Source: an uncultured Spirochaetota bacterium
Lineage (GTDB): Bacteria > Spirochaetota > Spirochaetia > Treponematales > UBA12059
Assembly (NCBI GenBank): GCA_937873275.1
Contig: CALMRC010000053.1
Coordinates: 22-64,021, forward strand
Reading direction: 5' to 3'
DNA length: 64,000 nt
Below, piece after piece: positions 1 through 9,671 of this stretch. The translations under genes were made by a program, and so were the position numbers. Numbering within the stretch: position 1 is the first letter of the stretch; each line of letters begins with the position of its first letter. Below the pieces are notes generated by a model. It did no database searches. It had not been told where the DNA came from and saw only the letters and a program-made list of their open reading frames with translations.

Positions 1-2099
1 TCCGATTGGTCCCGGCGCGCCTCCGCCGCGGAACGGTCCTCCCCGTGCCTCCGCACCGTCTCCTGGGCGGCCGCCCGGGCCCGCTCGACCTCGGACCGCT
101 CCCGGCCCAGGACCTCCAGCCGCTCCGACGGGTCCTCGCCTCCGGCGGAGGCCCGGGCCTCCGATTCCGCCGCACGGGCCGCGGCCACGGTACGGGCCGC
201 CTCGTCCAGGGCCTCCCGGGCCGTCCGCAGGCCCCCGGCCAGGGCGTCCGCCCGGACCCGGAACTCTCCGGCGGCCCGGGACCGATCCGCCAGGGCTCGC
301 AGAGCCTCGACGGAAACCCGATCCTCCGCTTCCGCGGACGCCAGCTCCAGCCGGGCGGTATCCTCCGACGGGACGGTGCCGAGGGCCGTCAGGGCCGCCT
401 CCGCGGTTTCCGCCTCCCGCAGCCGGTCCCGGGCCAGGCCCCGGGCCAGGGCTTCCCGGGCCCGGGCGGCGTCCCGGGAACTCCCCGCCTCCCGGAGGCG
501 ATCCTCCAGGCCGAGGGACTCGGGACGCGGCTCCGCCGGGGCCGGGTGGTCCCGGGATCCGCAGACCGGGCAGGGCTCCCCGGGGACCAGCCCCTCCGCC
601 AGCTCCCCGGCCCGGCAGAGTTCCTTCTCCCGGACCAGGCCGGCCAGCCGTTCCTCCGCGACCCCGGCGTCCCGGGCGGCCTCCTCCGCCTCCCGGTCCC
701 TCGCCTCCGCCTCCGCGGCGGCGGCGTCCCGACGCCGGGCCAGGTCCGCTCCCCGGGCGGCCCGGTCCCGCAGGATCCGGGCTTCCTCCAGGGCCGTCCG
801 GGCGGTCTCCCTCCGTTCCCTCGCCCCCTCCTCCTCCTCCGGGGACGGGGCGAGCTCCCGGTACCGCCGTTCCGCTTCCTCCGCCTCCCGGGACCGCCGA
901 TCCGCCTCCTCCCGGGCGGCCGATTCCACGCGGAGGGCCTCCTCCAGGGCGTTTCCGGCCGTCCGGGCCCGATCCCAAGCCCCCCGGGCGGCCTCCAGGG
1001 CCCCGGCTTCCGCGTCCAGACGGGCCGCCCGGGCGGCCAGCTCCTGCGCCTCCCGGGCGGCCGCCTCCGCGGCCTCCGCCCGGGATTCCAGGGCCGCCAA
1101 GTCCTCCAGGGCTTTCCGGAGCTCCGTCCGGGCCTCCTCGAGATCCCGATCCGCCTTTTCCCGGGCGTCCACCCGGGGCGCCGCGCCCCGGGCCGCGGCA
1201 TCCCGCTCCAGGGCCCGGCCCCAGGCCTCCCGGGCGGGCAGGCCGGCTTCCAGGACCGCCAGGGCCCCGGCCTCCCGGTCCCGCCGCTCGATCCGGGATT
1301 CCGTCTCCCGGGCCTCCCGGACCTCCTCCCGGAGGGCTTCCAGCTCCGTCCCCAGGGCGCGTTCCCTCTCCAGGGCGGCGGCCAGCTCCTTCTCCGGGTC
1401 CTCCCGGAGGGCACCGGTTTCCCCGGTCTCCGTCGGCCCTCCCAGCTCCGCGTCCAGCCGGGCGATCTCACCGTCCAGGTAATCCAGACGGCGGCGGGCG
1501 TCCTGGGCCCGCTCCCGGGCTCGGGACGCGGTGCGGTCGTGGAGGTCCACGGGAAAGAGCTTCTGGAGGACCGCGGTGCGGTCCGTGGAGTTCATCTCCA
1601 GAAAGCGCTGGAAGGCGCCCTGGGGCAGCAGGACGATCTTGGTGAACTCCTCCTGGGTCAGGCCGATCCGACGCCGGAGGATTTCGTCCACCTCGGAGAT
1701 GCGGTCCGAGACCAGGCGGGAGCTTTCCCCGTGGCCCTCGTAGAGGGCGGCGGCGGCGGGCTCCTCCACCGCCGAGCCGGCCTTGGTCGCCTTTTTCGGG
1801 GGGCGTCGGAACGGCGGCGTGCGGACCACCCGGAAGGCCTCCGGTCCGAGCCAGAACTCCAGCTCCACCCGGGTCTCCTCCTCCGGCCGCGCCAGGTGGG
1901 ACCGGAGCTCCCGCTCCAGGCTCCCCCGGGACTCCGGAGCCCGTCCGTAGAGGGCGTAGGTCAGGGCGTCGAAGAGGCTCGACTTTCCGGAACCGGTCTT
2001 GCCGCAGACCAGGAAGACGTCCCCCAGTCGGTCGAAGTCCACCTCCACGGTCCCCCGGTAGGGTCCGTAGTTGGCCAGGACGAGCCTACGGGGACGCAT
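1..2099 (-). CDS. sbcC: SbcC/Rad50-family DNA repair ATPase, N-terminal ~699 codons (3' end lies beyond the window)
   Basis: Not in the ORF track because it runs off the window. My minus-strand translation from ATG at 2099 gives MRPRRLVLANYGPYRGTVEVDFDRLGDVFLVCGKTGSGKSSLFDALTYALYG, which contains Walker A GKTGSGKS. A very long Ala/Glu/Arg coiled coil follows, with a CPVC zinc-hook at about 561-572. The start overlaps the sbcD stop by 14 nt. Confidence 0.85.
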   Translation of the reverse strand, partial: MRPRRLVLANYGPYRGTVEVDFDRLGDVFLVCGKTGSGKSSLFDALTYALYGRAPESRGSLERELRSHLARPEEETRVELEFWLGPEAFRVVRTPPFRRPPKKATKAGSAVEEPAAAALYEGHGESSRLVSDRISEVDEILRRRIGLTQEEFTKIVLLPQGAFQRFLEMNSTDRTAVLQKLFPVDLHDRTASRARERAQDARRRLDYLDGEIARLDAELGGPTETGETGALREDPEKELAAALERERALGTELEALREEVREARETESRIERRDREAGALAVLEAGLPAREAWGRALERDAAARGAAPRVDAREKADRDLEEARTELRKALEDLAALESRAEAAEAAAREAQELAARAARLDAEAGALEAARGAWDRARTAGNALEEALRVESAAREEADRRSREAEEAERRYRELAPSPEEEEGARERRETARTALEEARILRDRAARGADLARRRDAAAAEAEARDREAEEAARDAGVAEERLAGLVREKELCRAGELAEGLVPGEPCPVCGSRDHPAPAEPRPESLGLEDRLREAGSSRDAARAREALARGLARDRLREAETAEAALTALGTVPSEDTARLELASAEAEDRVSVEALRALADRSRAAGEFRVRADALAGGLRTAREALDEAARTVAAARAAESEARASAGGEDPSERLEVLGRERSEVERARAAAQETVRRHGEDRSAAEARRDQS

Positions 2100-3234
2100 C
2101 GGCAGCCTCCGCTAGGAGTTCCCGGAAGAGTTCCAGGATCGGCTCCTCCGGGTCCGAGCCCCGGACCGCCCGGTGGAAGGAGACGAAATCCTCCAGGGCC
2201 GCCTCGGCCCCGTCCCGGGCCGCCGGGAATTCCGGGGCGTCCCCGGTCTCTCCGGGCGCCCCGGCCCCGGGATTCTCGAAGGCCGCCTGGCGCAAGGACA
2301 GGAGGTTGGGGAAGACCCGGCGGAGGGTCTCCACGGGGGAGACGACGGGCTCGGGGTCCGTGAGCAGGATCTCCAGGTAGTGGTCCCGCTCCGGCAGGTC
2401 CGACCCGCCGTCCAGGAAGGAGGCGTAGGGCCCCGAGAGCCGCGCGAGGGGGCGAAGGGGGCGGACCGGGACGGTCTTCGCCTCGAAGCCCCCCCGGCGG
2501 ACGTCCACCAGGAGGAAGCCCTTCTCCTGTCCCGCCTCGGAGAAGGAATATCCCAGGGGGGATCCCGGATACCGGCCCCGGGCACCGGCCTTCTGGGCCC
2601 GGTGGAGATGGCCCAGGGCGGCGTAGTCGAAGGGATCGAAGCCCGAGGCGTCCACCAGCTCCGCGGCCCCCAGGAAGACCCTCTCGGACTCGCTCCCCTG
2701 TCCCCCCGCGGCGTAGGCGTGGCAGACCAGGACGTTGGCCCCGTCGTCCGGCAGACGGGGCACCAGGAGGTCCAGGGCCGCCCGGAACCGCCCGGACTGG
2801 GAAGCCGGGGCGTCCGGGAAGGATCCCGCCCCCAGGAAGGGCAGGGGCCAGAGGTGGAGGCGCTCCCCGTCCCGATCCACGGTCACCGGATTCCCGGCCT
2901 CCTCCGCCCGGGTCCGGACGTGGACCCCCGCCAGGCGGAAGAGGCTGTCCCCGAAGCCCAGGCGGGCCGGGGAATCGTGGTTGCCGGGTATGATCAGGAT
3001 CGTAAGGTCCGGGCGGTCGGCCTTCACCTTCCCCAGGAAGTCCCCGAACAGGCCCACGGCCTCCGGGGGCGGGACGGCCTTGTCGTACACGTCCCCCGCG
3101 ATCACCAAGACTGCGGGATCCAGGTCCGACGCCGCGGCCCGGAGCTGGTCCAGCATGGCCGCCTGGTCCGCCAGGAGGTCGCGCTCGTGGAGGGTCTTGC
3201 CGAGGTGCAGGTCCGAGGCGTGGAGGATCTTCAT
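2086..3234 (-). CDS. sbcD: Exonuclease SbcD (Mre11-like calcineurin-type phosphoesterase)
   Basis: MKILHASDLHLGK, IAGDVYD and IIPGNHDSP metallophosphoesterase motifs. Overlaps sbcC. Confidence 0.9.
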   Translation of the reverse strand: MKILHASDLHLGKTLHERDLLADQAAMLDQLRAAASDLDPAVLVIAGDVYDKAVPPPEAVGLFGDFLGKVKADRPDLTILIIPGNHDSPARLGFGDSLFRLAGVHVRTRAEEAGNPVTVDRDGERLHLWPLPFLGAGSFPDAPASQSGRFRAALDLLVPRLPDDGANVLVCHAYAAGGQGSESERVFLGAAELVDASGFDPFDYAALGHLHRAQKAGARGRYPGSPLGYSFSEAGQEKGFLLVDVRRGGFEAKTVPVRPLRPLARLSGPYASFLDGGSDLPERDHYLEILLTDPEPVVSPVETLRRVFPNLLSLRQAAFENPGAGAPGETGDAPEFPAARDGAEAALEDFVSFHRAVRGSDPEEPILELFRELLAEAADASP

Positions 3235-3235
3235 G

Positions 3236-3688
3236 CTACAGTATCGCTAGAATCTCCCGGGCGTGTCCCTCGGGTTTGACCTTGGGAAAGACGGCCTTCA
3301 CGATCCCGTCGGGACCGATTACGAAGGTCGACCGGAGGACGCCCTCCACCTTCTTTCCGTACATCGTCTTTTCCCCCCAGGCACCGTAGGCCCGGAGGGT
3401 ACCCTTGCCGGGATCGGCCAGGAGGCGGAACGGCAGCGAGTGCTTGGACTTGAACCGTCCGTGGGACGCCGGAGTATCCGGGCTGACCCCGAGCACCGCC
3501 GCCCCCTTGGCCAGGAACTCGTCGTAGGCGTCCCGGAACCCGCAGGCCTCCTTGGTGCAGCCGGGGGTATCGTCCTTGGGATAGAAATACAGCACCACCG
3601 TCCGGCCGCGGAACTCCGAGAGGGAAACCATCCCGCCGTCCTCGCCCTCCAGGGAAAAATCCGGCGCCTTCTCGCCTACCTTCGGCAT
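3236..3688 (-). CDS. bcp: Thiol peroxidase / peroxiredoxin Bcp
   Basis: Trimmed to the internal ATG at 3688 (MPKVGEKAPDFSL...). YFYPKDDTPGCTKEAC peroxidatic-Cys motif. GGAGGAGGA RBS upstream. The longer 291-aa ORF prefix is a low-complexity shadow. Confidence 0.9.
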   Translation of the reverse strand: MPKVGEKAPDFSLEGEDGGMVSLSEFRGRTVVLYFYPKDDTPGCTKEACGFRDAYDEFLAKGAAVLGVSPDTPASHGRFKSKHSLPFRLLADPGKGTLRAYGAWGEKTMYGKKVEGVLRSTFVIGPDGIVKAVFPKVKPEGHAREILAIL

Positions 3689-3746
3689 GGTTCCTCCTCC
3701 TCGACATTCCTGGTTGAACGACCCGCCGCGCCGTGCCTCGGCGCGA

Positions 3747-4985
3747 TCACTTCCGGGTAAACCCGGCATCCCACCCGGAGAGGATCGCCGCGGTCTCGTT
3801 CCGGACCGCCTCGATCCCGTCCGTGCCTGCGCGTTCCGCCGCCGCCCGCAGACGTTCCTGGGCCTCGTCCCGGGCCTTCCGGAAGGCGGGATCCCCGGAA
3901 AGGGCCTTCCCGCCCCGGAGGTAGAGGTCCCGGCCCCGCTTCCAGTATTCCAGGGAGGCCGGAGCGTCCTCGGAGTAGTCATATCCCGTCCACAGGGGGA
4001 CGAACTCGCCCTTGGCCAACAGGACCGGCTTGTACAGGGAGATGTCCGGATAGGAGGTGCCCGGGAACCAGGCGACGCAGCGTTCCGCCCGCGGATCGTA
4101 CTCCACCGCAAGGGAGGCCGTGGTGGGGTAGCCCAGGTTGTCCCCGTCGTGGGCGCAGATCACCGCGTTCTTCCCGGGACGCCCCGGGTCCGGCAAGGCC
4201 CGGGAGCGGAGGACCTCCAGGACCGCGGCCAGGTCGATCCCCTCCCCCGCGGCGGCCAGGCGCCCCTCCACGGCCCGGCGACGGGAGTCCCCCTGGGTCA
4301 GGAAGGCGTGCAGCCGGCTCTCCACGTAGGGTTTCCAGGACTCCTTCTGGCCGATCCGGCCCGCGTCGGCTTCGTCGTAGCAGGCCATCTTCTCGTTCAC
4401 CGGGGAGATCGCCTTCCGGGTCTCCGCGTCCAGACGCTTGTAGTCCAGGCCTATGGAATAGGAGTTGGAGATCGCCGCGGGCCCCTCGGCCTTCTTCCAG
4501 GCCCAGCGCTTGCCCGCGGTCTCCAGGACGTAGGCCCCGTCGAAGCCCGCGACCATGTAGGAATTATGGTAGAAGAGGCGTCCCCGGTAGGCACCGTTGC
4601 CGCCCTGGTCGAAACGCTCGGTCAGCTCCGCCAGGATCTCCACGGCCTCCAGGGCCGTGGACGCCGAGCGCAGGGCGATCCGGAGGAAGTCCATGCCCAG
4701 GATCCCGTCCTTCCGGGCGGGCCACCTGGAGAAGACCGCCTCGTTGCCGACGGCGACGCCCTTCTCGTTGAGGCCGATCTCGCCCCCCCGAATCCAGGAA
4801 GGCTTGGACAGGAGGACGGAATATCCCCTGTCTGGATACGGGAGATCCCCGCCGGTCACCGAGGACCGGGGCGCCTCCGGGGTCCGGGGCAGGATGCAGA
4901 CCGCCTGGGGCTCCGAGGGCTTGCGGTCCGAGTTCTTCCCGAAGAACGAGCGGCCGGGGCCGGGAGCCCAGAAGGTGTCGCACAT
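3747..4985 (-). CDS. Peptidase C69-family (Ntn-hydrolase dipeptidase-like) protein
   Basis: Begins MCDTFW, with Cys2 as the putative N-terminal nucleophile. GKNSDR and GLNEKGVAVGNEAV segments are typical of C69/secernin-like hydrolases. Confidence 0.65.
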   Translation of the reverse strand: MCDTFWAPGPGRSFFGKNSDRKPSEPQAVCILPRTPEAPRSSVTGGDLPYPDRGYSVLLSKPSWIRGGEIGLNEKGVAVGNEAVFSRWPARKDGILGMDFLRIALRSASTALEAVEILAELTERFDQGGNGAYRGRLFYHNSYMVAGFDGAYVLETAGKRWAWKKAEGPAAISNSYSIGLDYKRLDAETRKAISPVNEKMACYDEADAGRIGQKESWKPYVESRLHAFLTQGDSRRRAVEGRLAAAGEGIDLAAVLEVLRSRALPDPGRPGKNAVICAHDGDNLGYPTTASLAVEYDPRAERCVAWFPGTSYPDISLYKPVLLAKGEFVPLWTGYDYSEDAPASLEYWKRGRDLYLRGGKALSGDPAFRKARDEAQERLRAAAERAGTDGIEAVRNETAAILSGWDAGFTRK

Positions 4986-4995
4986 GGAGGTACCC

Positions 4996-6717
4996 TCACT
5001 TCACCGGGGTCAGGGACTCGGCCCGCCAGACCCACTTGCCCTTGTCCGCGTCCACCCGGACCAGGAAACACTCCGAGCCGTCCCCCTCCGTGCCGACCAG
5101 TTCGGTGATCCGGGCGGTCATGCCCACGAAGGCGTCCATGGAGGGGTTCCAGTTCTCGTTGCCGTCCACGAAGCGGTGGCGTCCCAGGATGACCCGGTCC
5201 CCCACCTGGAAGCCGTAGCTCCCGGCGACCCCCCGGCCGACGACGGCCAGGTTGCGGATCCGCCAGGACCAGGTGTTCTCCTTCACCGCCACCACCAGGA
5301 AGCCCTGGTCGTCGGATCCGATGATCTCCGTGACCGTGGCCTGCTTCCCCACGAAGGCGTCCATCTCGGAGGCCCAGTTGTCGCCGCCGTTCCGGTCGTC
5401 GTGACGCCCCAGGACGACCTTGGTTCCGACCCCGATCAGGCCGGACAGGTCCTCCCCGAGGTCCTCGTATTCCTCGGCGGAATCGTAGTCGTCCCCGCCC
5501 TCCCAGTAGCCGGGTCCCTCCTCGAGAAGCTCCATGTCCGAAAGGCGCCAGTAGAAGTTCCCGCCGTCCACGTCCACCAGGGCCGTGGGCTCCCCCCAGG
5601 GACAGAGTCCGGCGTGCTCGGTGATATAGGCCTCCATGCCCACGTAGTCGTCCATCTCGGGGGCCCAGTAGGTCGAGTCGGGATCGTCGGGATCCAATTG
5701 GAGGTGCCGGCCCAGGATGACGAGGGATCCCACGGGGAAGGCGTCCTCCAGGGCGTAATCGCCCTCATCGTAGTCCTCATAGGTGTAGTCCCCGTCCCCG
5801 TAGTCCTCGTCCCCGGAGACCGCCACCTCTCCCGTGCCCCGCTCCAGGAGTTCCATGTTCTCGGTACGCCAGTAATACTGGCCGTCGTCGACGTCCACGG
5901 TCACCACCGGCCTGCCCCAGGGGTCCTGCCCCTCGTGGCCCGTGACGGTCGCCGTCATGCCGACGTAGTCCGACATGTCCTCGCCCCAGTTCCGGGAGTC
6001 CGGGTCGTCCTTGGTGACGACCTCATGCTCCCCCAGGACCACCCGGGAGCCGATCGGAAAGAGAGTCTCGTAGGAGGCCCGGGTCCGCCACTGGTCCGCG
6101 AGGACCGCGAAGTCCGCCGCGGCCTTCTCCCCGACGGGCTCCAGGGCGTCGGGGTACACGAAATAGACCCGACCGGACAGGATGCGCGGAAAGTCCTCCG
6201 GAAGGGCTTCCACCCAGGGGGTCGCGTCCAGGTCCTCGTCCCAGACCACCAGGACGGGCGGATCCCCCTCGTCCAGGGCGTAGAACCAGCCCAGGGCTCC
6301 CTTCGTCACTTTCTCGAAGTCCTGGAGGGCCCGGACCCGCTCTCCCTTCTGGAAGGCCCAAGCCATGTACCGGCCGTAGGCCGCGGAGTCCGGGAAGTCC
6401 GCGAGCTTGAGGTAGGCGGTGCTGACCACCGCCCAGCCCCCGTGCAGCCAGCCCTGCGCCCCGTCGGGCGTGGAGATCCGGAGCCATCGGCCCCGGCGGC
6501 CCGCCACGGTCTCCTCCCGGGCGCCCGTCTCCAGCACCCGGAAGGAATCCCCCGCGGCCAGGGTGGCCACGACCTTGGCGTTGGCCGAGGCCGCGGAGAA
6601 GACCTTCGCCTCCCCGACCGCCGCCCCGGTGGTGCCGGGGGGCGCCCCGAAGGCAAGGGAAACGCCCAGTACCAAAAGGGCGATCACAAGGGAACCGGCC
6701 CGAATCGTCGTTTTCAT
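4996..6717 (-). CDS. Secreted protein: signal peptide + SH3b domain + four tandem ~70-75 aa repeats
   Basis: Trimmed to MKTTIRAGSLVIALLVLGVSLAFG (ATG at 6717). The SH3b-like segment is AKVVATLAAGDSFRVLE...GRWLRISTPDGAQGWLHGGW. Four repeats share G-x-[RKL]-V-[VI]-LG-x-H ... NW ... MD.[FY]VG..A.[IV]T ... W.WR. D/E/Y-rich linkers separate them. Confidence 0.75.
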   Translation of the reverse strand: MKTTIRAGSLVIALLVLGVSLAFGAPPGTTGAAVGEAKVFSAASANAKVVATLAAGDSFRVLETGAREETVAGRRGRWLRISTPDGAQGWLHGGWAVVSTAYLKLADFPDSAAYGRYMAWAFQKGERVRALQDFEKVTKGALGWFYALDEGDPPVLVVWDEDLDATPWVEALPEDFPRILSGRVYFVYPDALEPVGEKAAADFAVLADQWRTRASYETLFPIGSRVVLGEHEVVTKDDPDSRNWGEDMSDYVGMTATVTGHEGQDPWGRPVVTVDVDDGQYYWRTENMELLERGTGEVAVSGDEDYGDGDYTYEDYDEGDYALEDAFPVGSLVILGRHLQLDPDDPDSTYWAPEMDDYVGMEAYITEHAGLCPWGEPTALVDVDGGNFYWRLSDMELLEEGPGYWEGGDDYDSAEEYEDLGEDLSGLIGVGTKVVLGRHDDRNGGDNWASEMDAFVGKQATVTEIIGSDDQGFLVVAVKENTWSWRIRNLAVVGRGVAGSYGFQVGDRVILGRHRFVDGNENWNPSMDAFVGMTARITELVGTEGDGSECFLVRVDADKGKWVWRAESLTPVK

Positions 6718-6841
6718 GGTTGACTCCTCGCGGACGCCGGGACCCGTCCGGCATCGGACCGGAATCCCGATGCTACGAATATATGACAAGCGCCGCCGGA
6801 ATACGAGGGGAAAACAGGAGGAAGAACTTACCAACAAGGAC

Positions 6842-6954
6842 TCACCACGGAGTACACAGTGTCGATACCGGAATCAGGCAATTTGCCGAAGCTCGCTTCG
6901 GCGCCGCGAGGCCGACGCAGCAGGCCTCGCGCCCTCCGTGGTCTCCGTGGTTGA
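6842..6954. repeat. MITE-like/REP-like intergenic element with CCACGGAG-type inverted ends and two internal hairpins
   Basis: The left end is TCACCACGGAGTACACAGTG. The right end reverse-complemented is TCAACCACGGAGACCACGGAG. Internal hairpins are GCCGAAG-ctcg-CTTCGGC (6885-6902) and GCGAGGCC-n9-GGCCTCGC (6906-6930). Related ends occur at 12361-12572. Confidence 0.5.
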
Positions 6955-6984
6955 ATCCAGAAACCTTCCCAAAGGTTAATATCG

Positions 6985-9456
6985 TCAGCCCTTACGGTTC
7001 TTCAGTAATTCCGCGAAGGGATTGTAGGTCGTGCCGTCGTCGTCCTGGGGCTTCGGGCCCCGGGGGTTCCGGGCGGACTGGGAATAGGGATTCCGGTCCC
7101 GGCCGGACTCGGGGCGGGGGGCGGGCGAGCCCTCCCGGGCGGGCGCCGCGCCGGGCTTGCGGACCACGGCGACCCGTCGCGCCCCGGCGCCCTCGCTGGC
7201 CGGTTCCCGCTCCCGCGGGGCGGGGTCCCGGCCCGCACCGGCGGGACGGTTTCCGGCCGGCCCGCGTTCCCCCCCGGAATCCCCGGCGCGGCCGCCCCGG
7301 GCCCCTTCCTTGCGGAGGGACAATCCGATGCGGCGCCGGTCGGGGTCGAGGGAGATGATGCGGAACTCCTGCACGTCCCCTACCTTGAGCACCTCCATGG
7401 GATCCCGGACAAAGCGGTCCGCCACCTCGGAGACGTGGATCAGGGCGCTTTCCTTGATGCCGATGTCCACGAAGGCCCCGAAATCCACGACGTTCTTGAC
7501 CTTCCCCGTGACCGTCATGCCCTCCGAGAGATCCTCGAACTGGAGGACGCCCTTCTGGAGGATCGGCTTGGGAAGGTCCTCCCGGGGGTCCCGGTTGGGC
7601 TTCCGGAGCTCCGCCAGGATGTCGTCGAGGGTCGTGTCCCCGACCTGGTACTTCTCCTTGAGCCCCCCCCGGAGGTCCTTCGTGAGGTCCTTCCCCTCCC
7701 GGACCACCGGAAGGATCTCCTGGGCCAGGGCGTAGTTCTCCGGGTGGACCCAGGTGTTGTCCAGGGGGTTCGGGCTCTCGGGGATCTTGAGGAAGCCCGC
7801 GCACTGCTCGAAGGTCTTGTCCCCCAGGCCCGGGATTCCCTTGAGCTGGTCCCGCCCCGAGATGCGGCCGTTGGCCTCCCGGTACTTGACGATCTTCTTG
7901 GCCAGGGACGCGTTGATCCCCGACACGTACTTGAGCAGGCTGTGGCTGGCGGTGTTCAGGTTCACCCCCACGTTGTTCACCACCGAGCCGACCACCTCGT
8001 CCAGGGTGTCCGAGAGGCGCTTCTGGTTCACGTCATGCTGATAGAGGCCCACCCCGATGCTCTTGGGGTCGATCTTCACGAGCTCCGCCAGGGGGTCCTG
8101 GAGGCGTCGGCCGATGGAGATGGCCCCCCGGATGGTCAGGTCCAGGTCCGGGAACTCTTCCCGGGCCACGTCGCTGGCGGAATAGACGGACGCCCCGTCC
8201 TCGTCCACCACCGTGTAGGCCACGTCCAGGCCGTTCTCCGAGATGGCGTCCGCCACGAGCTTCTGCACCTCGTGGCTCGCGGTCCCGTTCCCCACGGCGA
8301 TGAGGGTCAGGGAATGCTTCCGCACCGACTCCGCCAGGGCCCGCTTCCCCTCCTCGGGCTTGGTCTCCTGGTTGATCACGAAGTAGTCCAGGAACTTTCC
8401 CGTCTCGTCCAGGGCCGCGCACTTGGTTCCCGTCCGGATGCCGGGATCCAGGCCCAGGACCCGGGTACCCTTGATGGGGGGCTGGAGGAGGAGGTTCTTG
8501 AGGTTCTCGCTGAAGACGTCGATTCCGTGGCCTTCCGCGGCGTCCGAGGCGTCGGAGCGGATCTCCCGGAGGACCGCCGGGGACAGAAGGCGCCGGAGCC
8601 CGTCGTCCAGGGCGTCCCGGTAGTAGGAGGTGCGCGGCGCGTACTTTGCCTTGAGCCGCTCCGCGGCGCCGTCCTCGTCCACCTCCAGGGTCACGGCCAG
8701 GACCCCCTCCCGCTCACCGCGGTTTACCGCCAGGACCCGGTGGGGCTTCACCCGGGAAAGCTCCTCGGAATAGTCCCAGTACATCTGGTAGACGCTCTTG
8801 GCCTTGGCCGCCTCGTCCCCGGTCCCCTTCACGACCAAGCGGCCGGTCTTGAGGTACCAGGACTTCACCAGGGCCCGGTTGTCGGGATCCTGGGAGGCCC
8901 GCTCCGCCAGGATGTCCATGGCCCCCTGGAGGGCGTCCCGGACGGTGGGAACCGAGAGCTCCGGATTTTCCGGGTCCTCCCGCACGAACTCGGGGGCCCG
9001 GGCTTCCACGGCCGCGTCGTCCCCGGAGACCATGAGTTCCGCCAGGGGCTCCAGCCCGCGTTCCTGGGCCAGCATGCCCCGGGTCTTCTTCTTTTTCTTG
9101 TAGGGGGCGTAGATGTCCTCGAGCTCCGCGAGGGTCGAGCACCGGAGGAGGTTGTCGTGCAGGTCCTTCGTAAGCTTGCCCTGGCCGAAAATGGCCCGGA
9201 CGATCTCCAGGCGACGGGTTTCCAGGTTGACGTAGGACTCGTACTTGTGGACCACGTCCCGGACCTGGACCTCGTCCAGGCTGCCCGTCCGCTCCTTGCG
9301 GTACCGGCTTATGAAGGGCACAGTGCAGCCCTCTGCCGTCAGGGAAACCACCGCGGACACCTGGCTGGTGCGGATGGCCAGCTCCCCGGCGATCCGGTTC
9401 ATCACGTCCACTTCGTTCACGGAAAGCCCGTCCACGTACTCCTGGTTCAGCTCCAT
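6985..9456 (-). CDS. tex: Tex-like transcription accessory protein (YqgF/HhH/S1 domains) with an R/G/P-rich C-terminal tail
   Basis: The N-terminus has AEGCTVPFISRYRKERTGSLDEVQVRDV. The C-terminal S1 segment is GMTVTGKVKNVVDFGAFVDIG. About 100 aa of low-complexity tail follow the S1 domain. Confidence 0.9.
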   Translation of the reverse strand: MELNQEYVDGLSVNEVDVMNRIAGELAIRTSQVSAVVSLTAEGCTVPFISRYRKERTGSLDEVQVRDVVHKYESYVNLETRRLEIVRAIFGQGKLTKDLHDNLLRCSTLAELEDIYAPYKKKKKTRGMLAQERGLEPLAELMVSGDDAAVEARAPEFVREDPENPELSVPTVRDALQGAMDILAERASQDPDNRALVKSWYLKTGRLVVKGTGDEAAKAKSVYQMYWDYSEELSRVKPHRVLAVNRGEREGVLAVTLEVDEDGAAERLKAKYAPRTSYYRDALDDGLRRLLSPAVLREIRSDASDAAEGHGIDVFSENLKNLLLQPPIKGTRVLGLDPGIRTGTKCAALDETGKFLDYFVINQETKPEEGKRALAESVRKHSLTLIAVGNGTASHEVQKLVADAISENGLDVAYTVVDEDGASVYSASDVAREEFPDLDLTIRGAISIGRRLQDPLAELVKIDPKSIGVGLYQHDVNQKRLSDTLDEVVGSVVNNVGVNLNTASHSLLKYVSGINASLAKKIVKYREANGRISGRDQLKGIPGLGDKTFEQCAGFLKIPESPNPLDNTWVHPENYALAQEILPVVREGKDLTKDLRGGLKEKYQVGDTTLDDILAELRKPNRDPREDLPKPILQKGVLQFEDLSEGMTVTGKVKNVVDFGAFVDIGIKESALIHVSEVADRFVRDPMEVLKVGDVQEFRIISLDPDRRRIGLSLRKEGARGGRAGDSGGERGPAGNRPAGAGRDPAPREREPASEGAGARRVAVVRKPGAAPAREGSPAPRPESGRDRNPYSQSARNPRGPKPQDDDGTTYNPFAELLKNRKG

Positions 9457-9586
9457 GTGCTCTCCTCGGATTTTTCGCGTCGCGGCGGGTACGATACGGG
9501 TTTACCATGGAAAAATCAACAAGGGTGGAGTACACTGGGCGTGATCCGACGGGAAACGGGACGGAAAATTCCTTGTCCGCCGATTC

Positions 9587-9614
9587 TTGACATTATGGAT
9601 ATAGTAATTATAAT
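9587..9614 (+). promoter_or_regulatory. Sigma70-type promoter candidate (TTGACA-16 nt-TATAAT) inside an AT-rich block
   Basis: TTGACA is at 9587-9592 and TATAAT at 9609-9614. It lies about 58 nt upstream of the ATG at 9672. The surrounding 9593-9650 is strongly AT-rich in a GC-rich genome. Confidence 0.6.
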
Positions 9615-9671
9615 AAAATTGATTTTTATAGAATAAGTAATTATACGCCGACGGCCATACCAGGAGTTGTT

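Noticed and set aside
6-2363. 785-aa plus-strand ORF (and the 368-aa and 360-aa ORFs at 376-1482) covering the left end
   Set aside because: Pro/Gly/Arg-rich low-complexity translation, antisense or off-frame to a clearly recognisable sbcC (Walker A, coiled coil, zinc hook). These are typical stop-free shadow frames of a GC3-rich gene.
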